From an uncultured Muribaculaceae bacterium (GTDB taxonomy: Bacteria; Bacillota_I; Bacilli_A; RF39; UBA660): a stretch of 64,000 nucleotides of DNA. The notes under the pieces were generated by a model. That model ran no database searches. It was not told where the DNA came from and worked only from the letters and a program-made list of their open reading frames with translations. Each line of letters opens with the position of its first letter. Positions within the stretch are counted from its first letter, which is position 1. Of the stretch, positions 18,629-27,859 are shown piece after piece. The stretch is from the NCBI GenBank assembly GCA_964369845.1, contig CAYJFJ010000002.1, positions 8,242 through 72,241 of the forward strand, read 5' to 3'. Both the position numbers and the translations under genes were made by a program.

Positions 18629-21184
18629 CTATACTTTTTTTACGATTTTTTCTACTGATGAAATATCTAAATTATATTTCCCTGATATTTCATCAGCGTT
18701 CAAGTAAAATATTTCATTTAATTGATTATCTTTAAAAACTTCTATATCATTTCTTATTAAATAAGTTATTTTAGCTTTTAATATTTCTAATGAAACATTT
18801 TTTAAATCTTCATAAAGTTTCATATAACTAAGACCTACCATACTAAATAAATATTCTTTTTGCTCTGTTATTTCATGTAGTTTTTTTAATGTTGGAATAT
18901 TTAATAAAATTTCTGATTTTTCTTGATTTCTAATTTTTTTATAAATATCATATTTTGTATTTTTCAAAAAGTGTTTCACAACAGTTCCTGAAGACAATTT
19001 TGTATCCTCATCAAAGTTATTTTCTTTTAACATTTCAATCAATTCATCTATGTATTTATCTAAAGAATATTTTTCTTGATTTAAATATTTGTCATCAATT
19101 AAAATTTGATACTTTTCTTTGTTTTCTTCATCGTTTATAAACTTTAATATATTTTCTTTACTATATTTCACAAAATTATAAACATCTGTTCCACTAGAGA
19201 AGAATACTTTACCTTTTTTTTCAGGAGTGTATCCTATATTTAATAGTTCTTCCATTTTTTCTATAAATGTTAATTCCTTTTTAAAACAAACTGATTTTAA
19301 TATTTGCTCTTTATACTTAAAACCTTCTTCAGTTTCTAAGAAATTATCAAGTTTTTTTTCAAACCTTCTTATAAAACTATGCATTTGAGTTCCATCACTA
19401 AATAAATCTTTACCATTTTCATTTGGTTTTTTACTAAGACTTAATATTATTTCTAACTTTTCAAGTTCAGATAATTTATTTTTAAAGTAAGCTATCGTTT
19501 TAAAAACTTCACTATATTTGCTTCCTTTACCTTTAATGTAACTTTTTATTCTTTCTTTATTCACATTTATAAAACTTTTAACTACTACACCATCTGAGAA
19601 AGTAAGTCTTTTATCATAAGCATATTTTATATATAATTGATTTTCAAAATATTCTTCCATTTTATCTTCAAATGATAGATTTGCTTTAAATTTATATAAT
19701 GGTAACCTCATAATTTGTGCATAAAATAAATATCCATCTTCTGTATTTATAAATTTTAATATTTCGTTTTTAGATCCTTCTATAAATATTCTCATGCTAG
19801 AATTATTTGAAAATTTATCACTTCGTTTAATTACTGGAAAACTCTTTAAAGAAACAATTTGTTTAAGTTTTTCTTCGATACTTAAATTATTTATTTCATT
19901 TAAATATTTGTATAATTCTACTATTTCACTATTTAAAACATCTACTTCAATTCCAATGCTTTTTTCTTCTATATTAGCTGCAATATTCTTTTTTGACTTC
20001 TTACATTTGAATTTTAATTCATCGTGTAGCTCAAGCATAATTTTTGAGTTGTTTACTAAATCTAGTATAAGTGGTTTTTCCACCTTATTTCCTATGCTAA
20101 GAGCTCTTCCAATTTGTTGTTTAAATACTATATCGGAACTTGTACTTCTTCCAAGTATTACTCCGGCAATGTTTTCAAAATGAACTCCTTCGTTACACTG
20201 ATTAATCGCAAATAATATTCGAAGTTTATTTTTTACGTCGTTTCCATTTGAATCTAGATCTTTACTAAATAAGTCTCTTGCTTTTTTTCCACTATCTTTA
20301 TCTAAACTTGATGTAGTATATATTTCAACTTCAGTTTCGTTTATAGTATCTTTTAAAATATTTATTACTTCATCTTTTATTTGTTTAAAATCTTTACTAT
20401 TAGAATTTATATTCGGAGGACAAAAAAATATATATTTTTTTCCTAGTTCTAAATTTTCTTTAAGTAAGTCTTTAATACTTTTTTGTGAAAGTAACTTTTT
20501 CTTTACCTCGCTTAAAAGATCCATATATTGTGGTTTATTTTCTATGTTTTTAGCTTTAATAATTCTTTGTTCTAAATCTTCAATTACATTAAAATTAGTA
20601 TACTCAACTGTTTTATAAACTGGTTCTTTTAATACACCTTGAATTATGGCATCACTTAAAGTAAATTTGCTTACAACTTTATCAGAAAATATTTCATCTC
20701 CATATTCTAAAGTCATATCCCTTTCTTTTGCTGTTTTTCTATTTCTAACAGTTGTAGCACTCATACCAAAAATTTTCATCTTTGGTTTTATACTTATAAG
20801 ATGATTTATCGCATTTTCCCACTTATCAGCTCCTATGTGATGAAACTCATCTAATATTATATAATCAACATCTAGTTTATCTAGTAAGTTATTTTTATAG
20901 TCGTTATATAATGCACTATAAGTTTTAATTTCAAGATTAGGTAAATCTTCAGTTAATGAATAATTATTTGTTTTAAGCACTTGCTCTAAATGTTCTTTTA
21001 TTGCAAGTGATGGTGTTATGTAAATAAATTTTTTGTTTTTATTATCCATAACTAATGATAATGCTATATATGATTTACCTGTTCCTGTTGCATGAACTAC
21101 TGCAGCTATTTTTTCTGTTTCATAAGTTTTTTTAACTTTATCATATGCTTTTTTATTATGTGGACGCAGTTTTAAACTTTTCAT
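18629..21184 (-). CDS. SF2 helicase (ResIII/DEAD-like core) with a C-terminal array of ~65-aa helicase-associated-type repeats
   Basis: Walker A VHATGTGKSY, DEFHH motif, QQIGRALS motif VI. The C-terminal half has at least 5 repeats centred on FS(D/S/N)G(T/V)xxxxF(I/V/L). Confidence 0.7.
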   Translation of the reverse strand: MKSLKLRPHNKKAYDKVKKTYETEKIAAVVHATGTGKSYIALSLVMDNKNKKFIYITPSLAIKEHLEQVLKTNNYSLTEDLPNLEIKTYSALYNDYKNNLLDKLDVDYIILDEFHHIGADKWENAINHLISIKPKMKIFGMSATTVRNRKTAKERDMTLEYGDEIFSDKVVSKFTLSDAIIQGVLKEPVYKTVEYTNFNVIEDLEQRIIKAKNIENKPQYMDLLSEVKKKLLSQKSIKDLLKENLELGKKYIFFCPPNINSNSKDFKQIKDEVINILKDTINETEVEIYTTSSLDKDSGKKARDLFSKDLDSNGNDVKNKLRILFAINQCNEGVHFENIAGVILGRSTSSDIVFKQQIGRALSIGNKVEKPLILDLVNNSKIMLELHDELKFKCKKSKKNIAANIEEKSIGIEVDVLNSEIVELYKYLNEINNLSIEEKLKQIVSLKSFPVIKRSDKFSNNSSMRIFIEGSKNEILKFINTEDGYLFYAQIMRLPLYKFKANLSFEDKMEEYFENQLYIKYAYDKRLTFSDGVVVKSFINVNKERIKSYIKGKGSKYSEVFKTIAYFKNKLSELEKLEIILSLSKKPNENGKDLFSDGTQMHSFIRRFEKKLDNFLETEEGFKYKEQILKSVCFKKELTFIEKMEELLNIGYTPEKKGKVFFSSGTDVYNFVKYSKENILKFINDEENKEKYQILIDDKYLNQEKYSLDKYIDELIEMLKENNFDEDTKLSSGTVVKHFLKNTKYDIYKKIRNQEKSEILLNIPTLKKLHEITEQKEYLFSMVGLSYMKLYEDLKNVSLEILKAKITYLIRNDIEVFKDNQLNEIFYLNADEISGKYNLDISSVEKIVKKV

Positions 21185-22356
21185 TTAAGTTCCTCACTTA
21201 TATAGTATGCTGCACTATAAGCTGTTGAAAATGCAATTGTCAAATTATATCCACCTACTGGTCCATGTAAATCTAGTGCTTCTCCAATAAAATATAAATT
21301 TTCTACAGTTTTAGATTCAAAAGTTTTAGTGTTAACATCTTTTAAATCGATTCCCCCACCTGTAACGTATGCTTTAGATATATCTTCGACACCTTTTATT
21401 TGTAATGGTGATGCTTTAAGTGATATTATTACTTTTTCCATTTCTTTTTCATTTAACACTTTTATAACTTTTGAATGATCTATTTTATTAATATCTAAAA
21501 TGTATGATGCAAACTTTTTTGAAACTAAGGTTTTCAAGACTGAAATAAGCGTTTGTTCTTGATTTTCATTTAATATGTTTTCAATATTAATATTTGGTAA
21601 ATAATCTATTTTAATTTCTTTTATGTTTTCTAAATAAATATGTTCACTAGCTTTCATTACTGATAAACCACTTATACCCTTATGGGTATAAATTAAATTT
21701 CCTTCAAAAGTTTTTTTCTTGAAACTTAAGACTACTTTTTCAAAAGAAGTTCCTGCTAAGTTATTACTTTTTTCTAAATGAACTGATGTTTCTGCTGGAA
21801 ATATTTTAGTTACTTTTTGATTTAACATCTTAGCAAACTTTAAATTATCTCCACTACTACCTAGCGCTGGAAAACTTGAACCGCCAGTAGCTATTACTAA
21901 TTTTTTACATGTATATGTCTTTTCTTTTGTTTTTACTTCGAAAAAGTTATTTTCTTTTGAAATGCTTAATACTTCTGAATTGTACTTTATTTCGCAGTTT
22001 TTATTTTTTAATAAAAATTCTAAAATTTCATAACTACTATTAGATACTGGAAATATTTGATTTTCTTTTTCTTCTTTTAAAGGTACTTTAAAAAATTTCA
22101 TTACTTCTTTAGGTCCAAATTTAAAAATTGCGCTATATAAATATTTTTTATTATATTTTATTTCTTCTAAAAACAGATTATTTTCTTTATTATTGGTTAA
22201 ATTACATCTTCCACCACCAGTTATTAATAATTTTTTCCCTGCTTCTTTATTTTTTTCTAAAACTAATACATTTAAATTTTTATCTATTACATTTGAAAAT
22301 AATAAACCTGCTGCTCCTGCCCCTATAACTATTACGTCTAACATTTTATACCTCAC
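21181..22356 (-). CDS. HI0933/YhiN-like FAD-dependent oxidoreductase
   Basis: VIVIGAGAAGLL dinucleotide fold and the GGGRCNLTN signature. Its stop overlaps the helicase start (ATGA). Confidence 0.8.
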   Translation of the reverse strand: MRYKMLDVIVIGAGAAGLLFSNVIDKNLNVLVLEKNKEAGKKLLITGGGRCNLTNNKENNLFLEEIKYNKKYLYSAIFKFGPKEVMKFFKVPLKEEKENQIFPVSNSSYEILEFLLKNKNCEIKYNSEVLSISKENNFFEVKTKEKTYTCKKLVIATGGSSFPALGSSGDNLKFAKMLNQKVTKIFPAETSVHLEKSNNLAGTSFEKVVLSFKKKTFEGNLIYTHKGISGLSVMKASEHIYLENIKEIKIDYLPNINIENILNENQEQTLISVLKTLVSKKFASYILDINKIDHSKVIKVLNEKEMEKVIISLKASPLQIKGVEDISKAYVTGGGIDLKDVNTKTFESKTVENLYFIGEALDLHGPVGGYNLTIAFSTAYSAAYYISEELK

Positions 22357-22612
22357 ATAAATAGTATAACATTAAATACATATGAATAAATAGAAAAAGA
22401 AAATATAAAATGTAAAATTTCTTTTTCTTAGTTTTATGTCTAAATAATTTCATTGCAAAAAGACCTCCTAAAGATCCTCCTAAAAATGAAAATATAAAAA
22501 GTGTTGACTCTTTTATTCTCCATGTATTTTTCTTTGCTTTTTCTTTATCTATAAACATTGCAATAAATAATAATACATTTATTACTATGTAATACGTCAT
22601 TATATATTTCAC
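22346..22612 (-). CDS. DUF1294 membrane protein
   Basis: 88 aa; DKxKAKKNxWRIxE...GGSLGGLFAMKLFRHKTKK is typical of DUF1294. Confidence 0.7.
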   Translation of the reverse strand: MKYIMTYYIVINVLLFIAMFIDKEKAKKNTWRIKESTLFIFSFLGGSLGGLFAMKLFRHKTKKKKFYILYFLFLFIHMYLMLYYLCEV

Positions 22613-22780
22613 TACTTATTACTCTTTCTAGTAAATTAACTATAACAAATAAGCATAAAAAAAACAATCCCTATACCAGCAGATTGCTTACTACATCAGA
22701 CTTAAACGCTTCTGACACATTAATAATATCATATATATTTTGTTATTTCTACACTTTTCGACAAAGTTTGCAAAGTGGAC

Positions 22781-23086
22781 TCATTTTATATTTAGTATAT
22801 TATCAAAATATATTACTTCATCAGTAGTGATTAAAGCTTTATTTATTTCATCTACTTTATTTACTTCTACTATTTTTCTTATATAATTGTTTTCTTTATA
22901 ATATATTAATTCTACTGTATCTTTTTTATTTATTGTTTTTAATTTTTCATTTACTTCACTTATTAAGTTTTCAGATAACACTACTTTATCTGCTACTTCT
23001 TTTTCTGCTTCTTTTATCATTTTCCTTAGTCCTTCAAGAGCGTCAAATGGCATGAACTGTTTTGCCCTAAAATCATTATTCTGCAT
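22781..23086 (-). CDS. YolD-like protein (Y-family polymerase accessory)
   Basis: ~100 aa with FMPFDALEG near the N-terminus. Overlaps the upstream Y-family polymerase gene by 11 nt, the same arrangement as uvrX-yolD. Confidence 0.6.
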   Translation of the reverse strand: MQNNDFRAKQFMPFDALEGLRKMIKEAEKEVADKVVLSENLISEVNEKLKTINKKDTVELIYYKENNYIRKIVEVNKVDEINKALITTDEVIYFDNILNIK

Positions 23087-24329
23087 TATGACCTCCTATA
23101 AGTTTATTTCTAGCTTTTTGATTTGCTTTTTCTTCGTAACTAATTGCCCTTAATACTGAGCTCTTTCCATATTTTTTCTTTAAGGTATTTACTGAAGTTA
23201 ATAAAGCATTTTCTTCTTGACCAAATGAAAAGTCTTCAAAAAGCGATAACTGCTCTTCTTTGTATAAAGTTAAATGAAAAAATGTAATTCCAAGTTTTCT
23301 TATATAATAATCTTTATTAATTATTTTCTCATACATCTTTTCTACATAATTAATTAATATATAATATTTATTTGTAGTGTTTTCTAATCTTTTTGACATT
23401 TTTGAAGATAACACTTCATAATCACTATAACCTATATAAATAGCAATACCTCCTACTGCCTTTTTTTCATCTACAATTTTTTGAACTAATCCATCACACA
23501 TTTCTTTTAAAACAATTAAAGCATTTTCACTATTATAATCTTCAAAAAGTATCTGACTACTACTTAAAGATGATGAAGATGGTTTGTATTTTTTTATATC
23601 ACTAATAGTGCAGCTTTCTTTTCCTAAACTATGATCTTTAAGTAAAATATAATCTACTCCAAATAATTTTTTTAATAAACCATCTGATGCTTTTGATATG
23701 TCTTTCATTGTATATATTTTATTCATAGCAAGTTTTTTTTCTGTTGCTTTACCTATTTTCCAAAAATCAGTTAGTGGCAAATGATGCCATAGCTCTTCTT
23801 TGAACTTTTCTTCATCTAAATAAGCTATATTAGTTTTATTTTTTTTGGCAGTTATGTCTAAAGCTACTTTAGCTAAAAATAAATTAGTTCCGACACCTGC
23901 ACTTGATGGTATTTTAGTTTTTTTATATACTTCTTCCATTACTATCTTAGCTAGCTCTATTTCATTTTTTTTATATAATTTTAAATAATTAGTTACATCT
24001 ATAAATGCTTCATCTACTGAATATACATGTATATCTTCTTTTGAAAAAAATGTTAAATATATTTTATAAATTTCTACTGAATACTCCATATATAGTTTCA
24101 TTCTTGGCTTTGCTATTATATATTTAATATTTTGTGGTATTTCAAATAATCTACTCCTGTTTTTTACTCCAAGACTTTTCATCTTTGGCGTTATAGCTAA
24201 CGTTATAGCTCCCGCTCCTCTTACTGGATCTGCTACAACTAAATTAACTTTAAACGGGTCTATGTTTCTAAGCGCGCATTCTACTGATGCATAAAATCCT
24301 TTTAAATCAATACATAAATATTTTTTCAT
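23076..24329 (-). CDS. Y-family (UmuC/UvrX-type) translesion DNA polymerase
   Basis: IDLKGFYASVEC, SVDEAFIDVT and the little-finger region are present. 417 aa. Confidence 0.85.
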   Translation of the reverse strand: MKKYLCIDLKGFYASVECALRNIDPFKVNLVVADPVRGAGAITLAITPKMKSLGVKNRSRLFEIPQNIKYIIAKPRMKLYMEYSVEIYKIYLTFFSKEDIHVYSVDEAFIDVTNYLKLYKKNEIELAKIVMEEVYKKTKIPSSAGVGTNLFLAKVALDITAKKNKTNIAYLDEEKFKEELWHHLPLTDFWKIGKATEKKLAMNKIYTMKDISKASDGLLKKLFGVDYILLKDHSLGKESCTISDIKKYKPSSSSLSSSQILFEDYNSENALIVLKEMCDGLVQKIVDEKKAVGGIAIYIGYSDYEVLSSKMSKRLENTTNKYYILINYVEKMYEKIINKDYYIRKLGITFFHLTLYKEEQLSLFEDFSFGQEENALLTSVNTLKKKYGKSSVLRAISYEEKANQKARNKLIGGHNAE

Positions 24330-24369
24330 AATAAAACACCCATATATAAAATGGATGTTTTTTTATTTT

Positions 24370-25059
24370 TTATTCGCCTCTTCTTACTTTTTGAAGTTCT
24401 TTTTCTGCTTTTAAATACATAAATTCAGCTTTGTCATAATAACCAAACTCATTTAAATGTTCATCACATAAATTCATCACTTCTTCATATTTTTTTTGCA
24501 CTAAAAGAGCTTCGATTTTTTGTAGTTTTAATAATTTGTTATTTGGAGCTAAGTCTGCAACTTCAATAACCTTATCAAATCGTTCTAATCTTTTATAAAA
24601 ATAACATAATTTAGATTTAATTTTATCATGTTCTAAATTTTCATGTAAATAATCGTATATTATATAATGCTTTTCTTTTTTTGATAAATATTTTTCAAAT
24701 AATATTGTTACTTTTTGAAGCATTATAACTTTATCATAATCATGTTTATTAGCTATTTCTAATGCCTCATCTAGTAAGTTTAATTTAATTAATGTATCAA
24801 TGTAATGAGATATTATAACCTTGTTACAGTTCTCAAAACTAATTCCTTCTTTTTCTTTTCTTTTGAAAAATTCTTCAATTATCTCTTTGCAGTAACCAAA
24901 TAACTCGTGTTCTTTCACAAGTTTTAAATATAAAGAAAAAATAGCAATGTCATCTTTGTTTTTATTGTATATTATTGTTCCTGCTTCAAAATTTTTAGAT
25001 TTTAGCGCATCTTTCATTTTAGCATATTCTAAATCCATTTTTACACCTCTTTCTTCCAT
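24370..25059 (-). CDS. TPR-like helical repeat protein (paralog of 29355..30026)
   Basis: All-helical repeat composition. The C-terminus KVIEVADLAPNNKLLKLQKIEALLVQKKYEEVMNLCDEHLNEFG aligns with the 29355..30026 product. Confidence 0.45.
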   Translation of the reverse strand: MEERGVKMDLEYAKMKDALKSKNFEAGTIIYNKNKDDIAIFSLYLKLVKEHELFGYCKEIIEEFFKRKEKEGISFENCNKVIISHYIDTLIKLNLLDEALEIANKHDYDKVIMLQKVTILFEKYLSKKEKHYIIYDYLHENLEHDKIKSKLCYFYKRLERFDKVIEVADLAPNNKLLKLQKIEALLVQKKYEEVMNLCDEHLNEFGYYDKAEFMYLKAEKELQKVRRGE

Positions 25060-25075
25060 AATACATTACTTAGAT

Positions 25076-25996
25076 TTATTCTGCAATACCAAAATTATTA
25101 TTTATATCATTTTCTATCATTTTTTTAAATTTTTTTGCACTAAATGTTAATTCGTTTGTACGAAGAGTTACCATTCCTATTTGTCTTGATGGTAACTCTT
25201 CTTCAGTATTTATTATAAATAATTTTCCTTCATTTATATCTTTTAGTATATACTCTTTTGTTGCAACTGCTACTCCTAAACCTTTTTTTACTGCTTCGTT
25301 CACTAGTGTATAATTTACAAATTCGAACTTAGGTTTAATAATTAAATTTGTTTTCTTAAAATATTCATCTAGTAATCTTCTTTGACTTGATCCTTCTTTT
25401 TGAAAAATAAAATTGTATTTTTTTAAATCACTTACTTTAACTTTTTTATTTTTAAGTTCACTATATTCTTCATTTGCTACAAATACATTCGTAATTTTGG
25501 AGCAGTACTCTACATTGTACTCAATTTCATATTTATTATCATCTATATTTATAAAAACTAAATCTATAAATCCTTCTTTTAAACTTTGTAATAGATTTTT
25601 CGATGAATTAGTGTTTACTTCAATATTTACTTTGGGATAAAGCTGACTAAATTTTTGAATATAATCCATTAAAAATTCTTTGCAAATTGTTGAGGTAGTT
25701 CCAATTTTTAATATTCCTGCATCTAAATTAATTAAATCAGTAAATTTATTTTCTGCATTTGAAAAATATTCTAAACCTTTTGTAATATATTTATAAAATT
25801 CCTTGCCCTCTGATGTTAAAGTCATACCTTTTCTAGTTCTTACAAACAACTCTCCCCCTAGTGATGCTTCTAAATTTTTAATGATTTTTGTAACCGCTGG
25901 CTGTGATATTAATAATTCTTCTGCTGCCTTTGTTATATTACCTTTCTTTACTACTGCTTCAAATGTTTTATAATATTCTAAGTTAATATTCATCAT
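25076..25996 (-). CDS. LysR-family transcriptional regulator
   Basis: N-terminal HTH YYKTFEAVVKKGNITKAAEELLISQPAVTKIIKNLE plus a ~200-aa substrate-binding domain. Divergent from 26084..27454. Confidence 0.85.
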   Translation of the reverse strand: MMNINLEYYKTFEAVVKKGNITKAAEELLISQPAVTKIIKNLEASLGGELFVRTRKGMTLTSEGKEFYKYITKGLEYFSNAENKFTDLINLDAGILKIGTTSTICKEFLMDYIQKFSQLYPKVNIEVNTNSSKNLLQSLKEGFIDLVFINIDDNKYEIEYNVEYCSKITNVFVANEEYSELKNKKVKVSDLKKYNFIFQKEGSSQRRLLDEYFKKTNLIIKPKFEFVNYTLVNEAVKKGLGVAVATKEYILKDINEGKLFIINTEEELPSRQIGMVTLRTNELTFSAKKFKKMIENDINNNFGIAE

Positions 25997-26007
25997 AACC
26001 TCCTGTT

Positions 26008-26027
26008 ATATTTGTAATAACAAATAT
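26008..26027. promoter_or_regulatory. Inverted repeat in the divergent LysR intergenic region (candidate LTTR box)
   Basis: ATATTTGT-AATA-ACAAATAT: perfect 8-bp arms. Confidence 0.45.
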
Positions 26028-26051
26028 GTATTTTTATTATATTCCACCTTT

Positions 26052-26060
26052 TGCTATAAT
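26052..26060 (+). promoter_or_regulatory. Extended -10 promoter element for the Nudix-PHP gene
   Basis: TGCTATAAT at 26052-26060, followed by RBS AAGAGGAG and the ATG at 26084. Confidence 0.5.
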
Positions 26061-26083
26061 TCAAGGTGTAAGAGGAGTAATAT

Positions 26084-27454
26084 ATGAACATTGTAATTAA
26101 TAAAGAAAATTTACTAGAAAAGGAAATTAATTTTATTCAAAAGAAAGCTAGAGCTTTTATAATAGATGATTTTAGTAACATTATAATATGTAGTTATGCA
26201 GATCTTTTAATGTTTCCTGGGGGTAAGGTTGATATTAATGAAAGTTATGAAGAATCTATTATAAGAGAAATTCATGAAGAAACAGGTATGATGCTTGATA
26301 AAACTTCCATCAAAGAAGAATTCGAAGCAACTACTTATCTTAAAAATTTTTCAAGCAAACATTCTCAAAAATTAGTAAATAAGAAAATAATTACAAAATA
26401 TTTTTTAGTTCGTGTTAATGAAATAGATTTAACTAATGGTAAAAAATTAAGTGAAAATGAAAAAAATGAGAATTTTAATCTTAAGAAAATTCATTTAAGT
26501 GAAGTTTTAGATTTTTTTCAAAATCACAAATCTACTAACAAAAGATATGAACTATTTTTCAAAGAAGAAAATATAGAAGCTATTAATAAATTGTTTCATA
26601 AGTATAAATTAATTGATTTGCATACTCACTCAACTTTTTCGGATGGAAAATTAAACCCCGATGATCTATTTAAATTAGCTAAAAATAGTGACATTGGAAC
26701 ACTCAGTATTACTGACCATAATTCAGTTAATGCTATATTTTATTCTCTAGAAAATAAACTTGAAAATAAATATAATATAAAATTAATACATGGATGTGAA
26801 CTTAGTGCCAAATATAAAAATAAAGAATTACATATTTTAGGATATAATATTGACATTAACAATCTAGAACTTAAAGCTGCAATAGATAAAATAAGAATTA
26901 GTTCTATTTATTATTTATCTTTAATGTTTAATTACCTTAACACTATATATAACATAAATTTTTCTTATGATGAAGTAATAGATACTATTAGAAAAGATAA
27001 ATCTCTTAATAGAGTTGATATAGCTAAACTGTTAATTAAATATAACTATGCAACTTCTATTTCAGATGCATGCGTTAAATATTTAAATCATATAAAAACA
27101 TTAATTGGCGATCATACTAAAGGTCTTGATTATAAAGAAATTATAAGAATTATAAAAAAAGCTAATGGAACTGCAGTTCTTGCTCATCCTGGCTCTTATA
27201 ATTTAAATCATGAAGAATTTAAAACTTTACTGAGTGAAATGAAAACTCTTGGTCTTGATGGTCTTGAAGTATTTAGTTTTAAGCATACTAGTGAAGATAT
27301 AAAATATTATTATGACATAGCCAAAGACTTTGATTTAATTATCACTGCTGGCTCAGATTATCATGGCAATGAACATAATAATTCATCTGAACTTGGATTT
27401 GGAACTAACAATAATGCTTATAACCGTTTTTTAGCCAAAGATATTACCAATTAA
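26084..27454 (+). CDS. Nudix hydrolase - PHP (TrpH/YciV-like) phosphoesterase fusion protein
   Basis: Nudix box GGKVDINESYEESIIREIHEETGM in the N-terminal half. PHP motifs IDLHTHSTFSDG, ITDHNS, AHPGSY and GSDYHG in the C-terminal half. Confidence 0.8.
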   Translation: MNIVINKENLLEKEINFIQKKARAFIIDDFSNIIICSYADLLMFPGGKVDINESYEESIIREIHEETGMMLDKTSIKEEFEATTYLKNFSSKHSQKLVNKKIITKYFLVRVNEIDLTNGKKLSENEKNENFNLKKIHLSEVLDFFQNHKSTNKRYELFFKEENIEAINKLFHKYKLIDLHTHSTFSDGKLNPDDLFKLAKNSDIGTLSITDHNSVNAIFYSLENKLENKYNIKLIHGCELSAKYKNKELHILGYNIDINNLELKAAIDKIRISSIYYLSLMFNYLNTIYNINFSYDEVIDTIRKDKSLNRVDIAKLLIKYNYATSISDACVKYLNHIKTLIGDHTKGLDYKEIIRIIKKANGTAVLAHPGSYNLNHEEFKTLLSEMKTLGLDGLEVFSFKHTSEDIKYYYDIAKDFDLIITAGSDYHGNEHNNSSELGFGTNNNAYNRFLAKDITN

Positions 27455-27483
27455 AAAAATCTACACAAATCGTGTAGATTTTT
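27455..27483. terminator. Bidirectional rho-independent terminator
   Basis: AAAAATCTACAC-AAATC-GTGTAGATTTTT lies between the convergent genes 26084..27454 (+) and 27486..27857 (-). Confidence 0.8.
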
Positions 27484-27485
27484 TG

Positions 27486-27857
27486 TTATTCACAACTTAT
27501 AATTGTTTCTATTTTGTAATCCTTTTTCCCATATGGTGATGATGGATAAAATGTTGTAATTGTATTTTCTTTATCACAACTATCTAATAAATTTAGCACT
27601 ACTTCATCTTTACCAACATATTCCATTTCAAATAGTGTTTCTAAACTTAGCTTAATTCCTGTATCTTCATAGTTTTCTAAAAATGACTCATTACCTGATA
27701 TTGACTCGTAATAATAATTTTCATAAAATGATTCACTCACCTCTATAAGTGTTTGTTCATAATTTATTTTTTCTTCTTTTGAAACTAAAAACCATAGTGT
27801 TAAAATAGTAGAAACTATAACTAAAGTAATTATAAGCAATAAAATTTTTTTCTTCAT
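27486..27857 (-). CDS. Small membrane-anchored protein of unknown function
   Basis: 123 aa with an N-terminal TM (ILLLIITLVIVSTILTLWFLV). Lies 2 nt downstream of the hydrogenase gene. Confidence 0.45.
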   Translation of the reverse strand: MKKKILLLIITLVIVSTILTLWFLVSKEEKINYEQTLIEVSESFYENYYYESISGNESFLENYEDTGIKLSLETLFEMEYVGKDEVVLNLLDSCDKENTITTFYPSSPYGKKDYKIETIISCE

Positions 27858-27859
27858 AT

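Noticed and set aside
24330-24369. Looked for a LexA/SOS (Cheo) box CGAACnnnnGTTCG upstream of the Y-family polymerase/yolD pair.
   Set aside because: No match. The 40-nt gap holds only a hairpin (ACATCCAT-7nt-ATGGGTGT) that looks like the upstream gene's terminator. An isolated CGAAC at 8851-8855 has no inverted partner.
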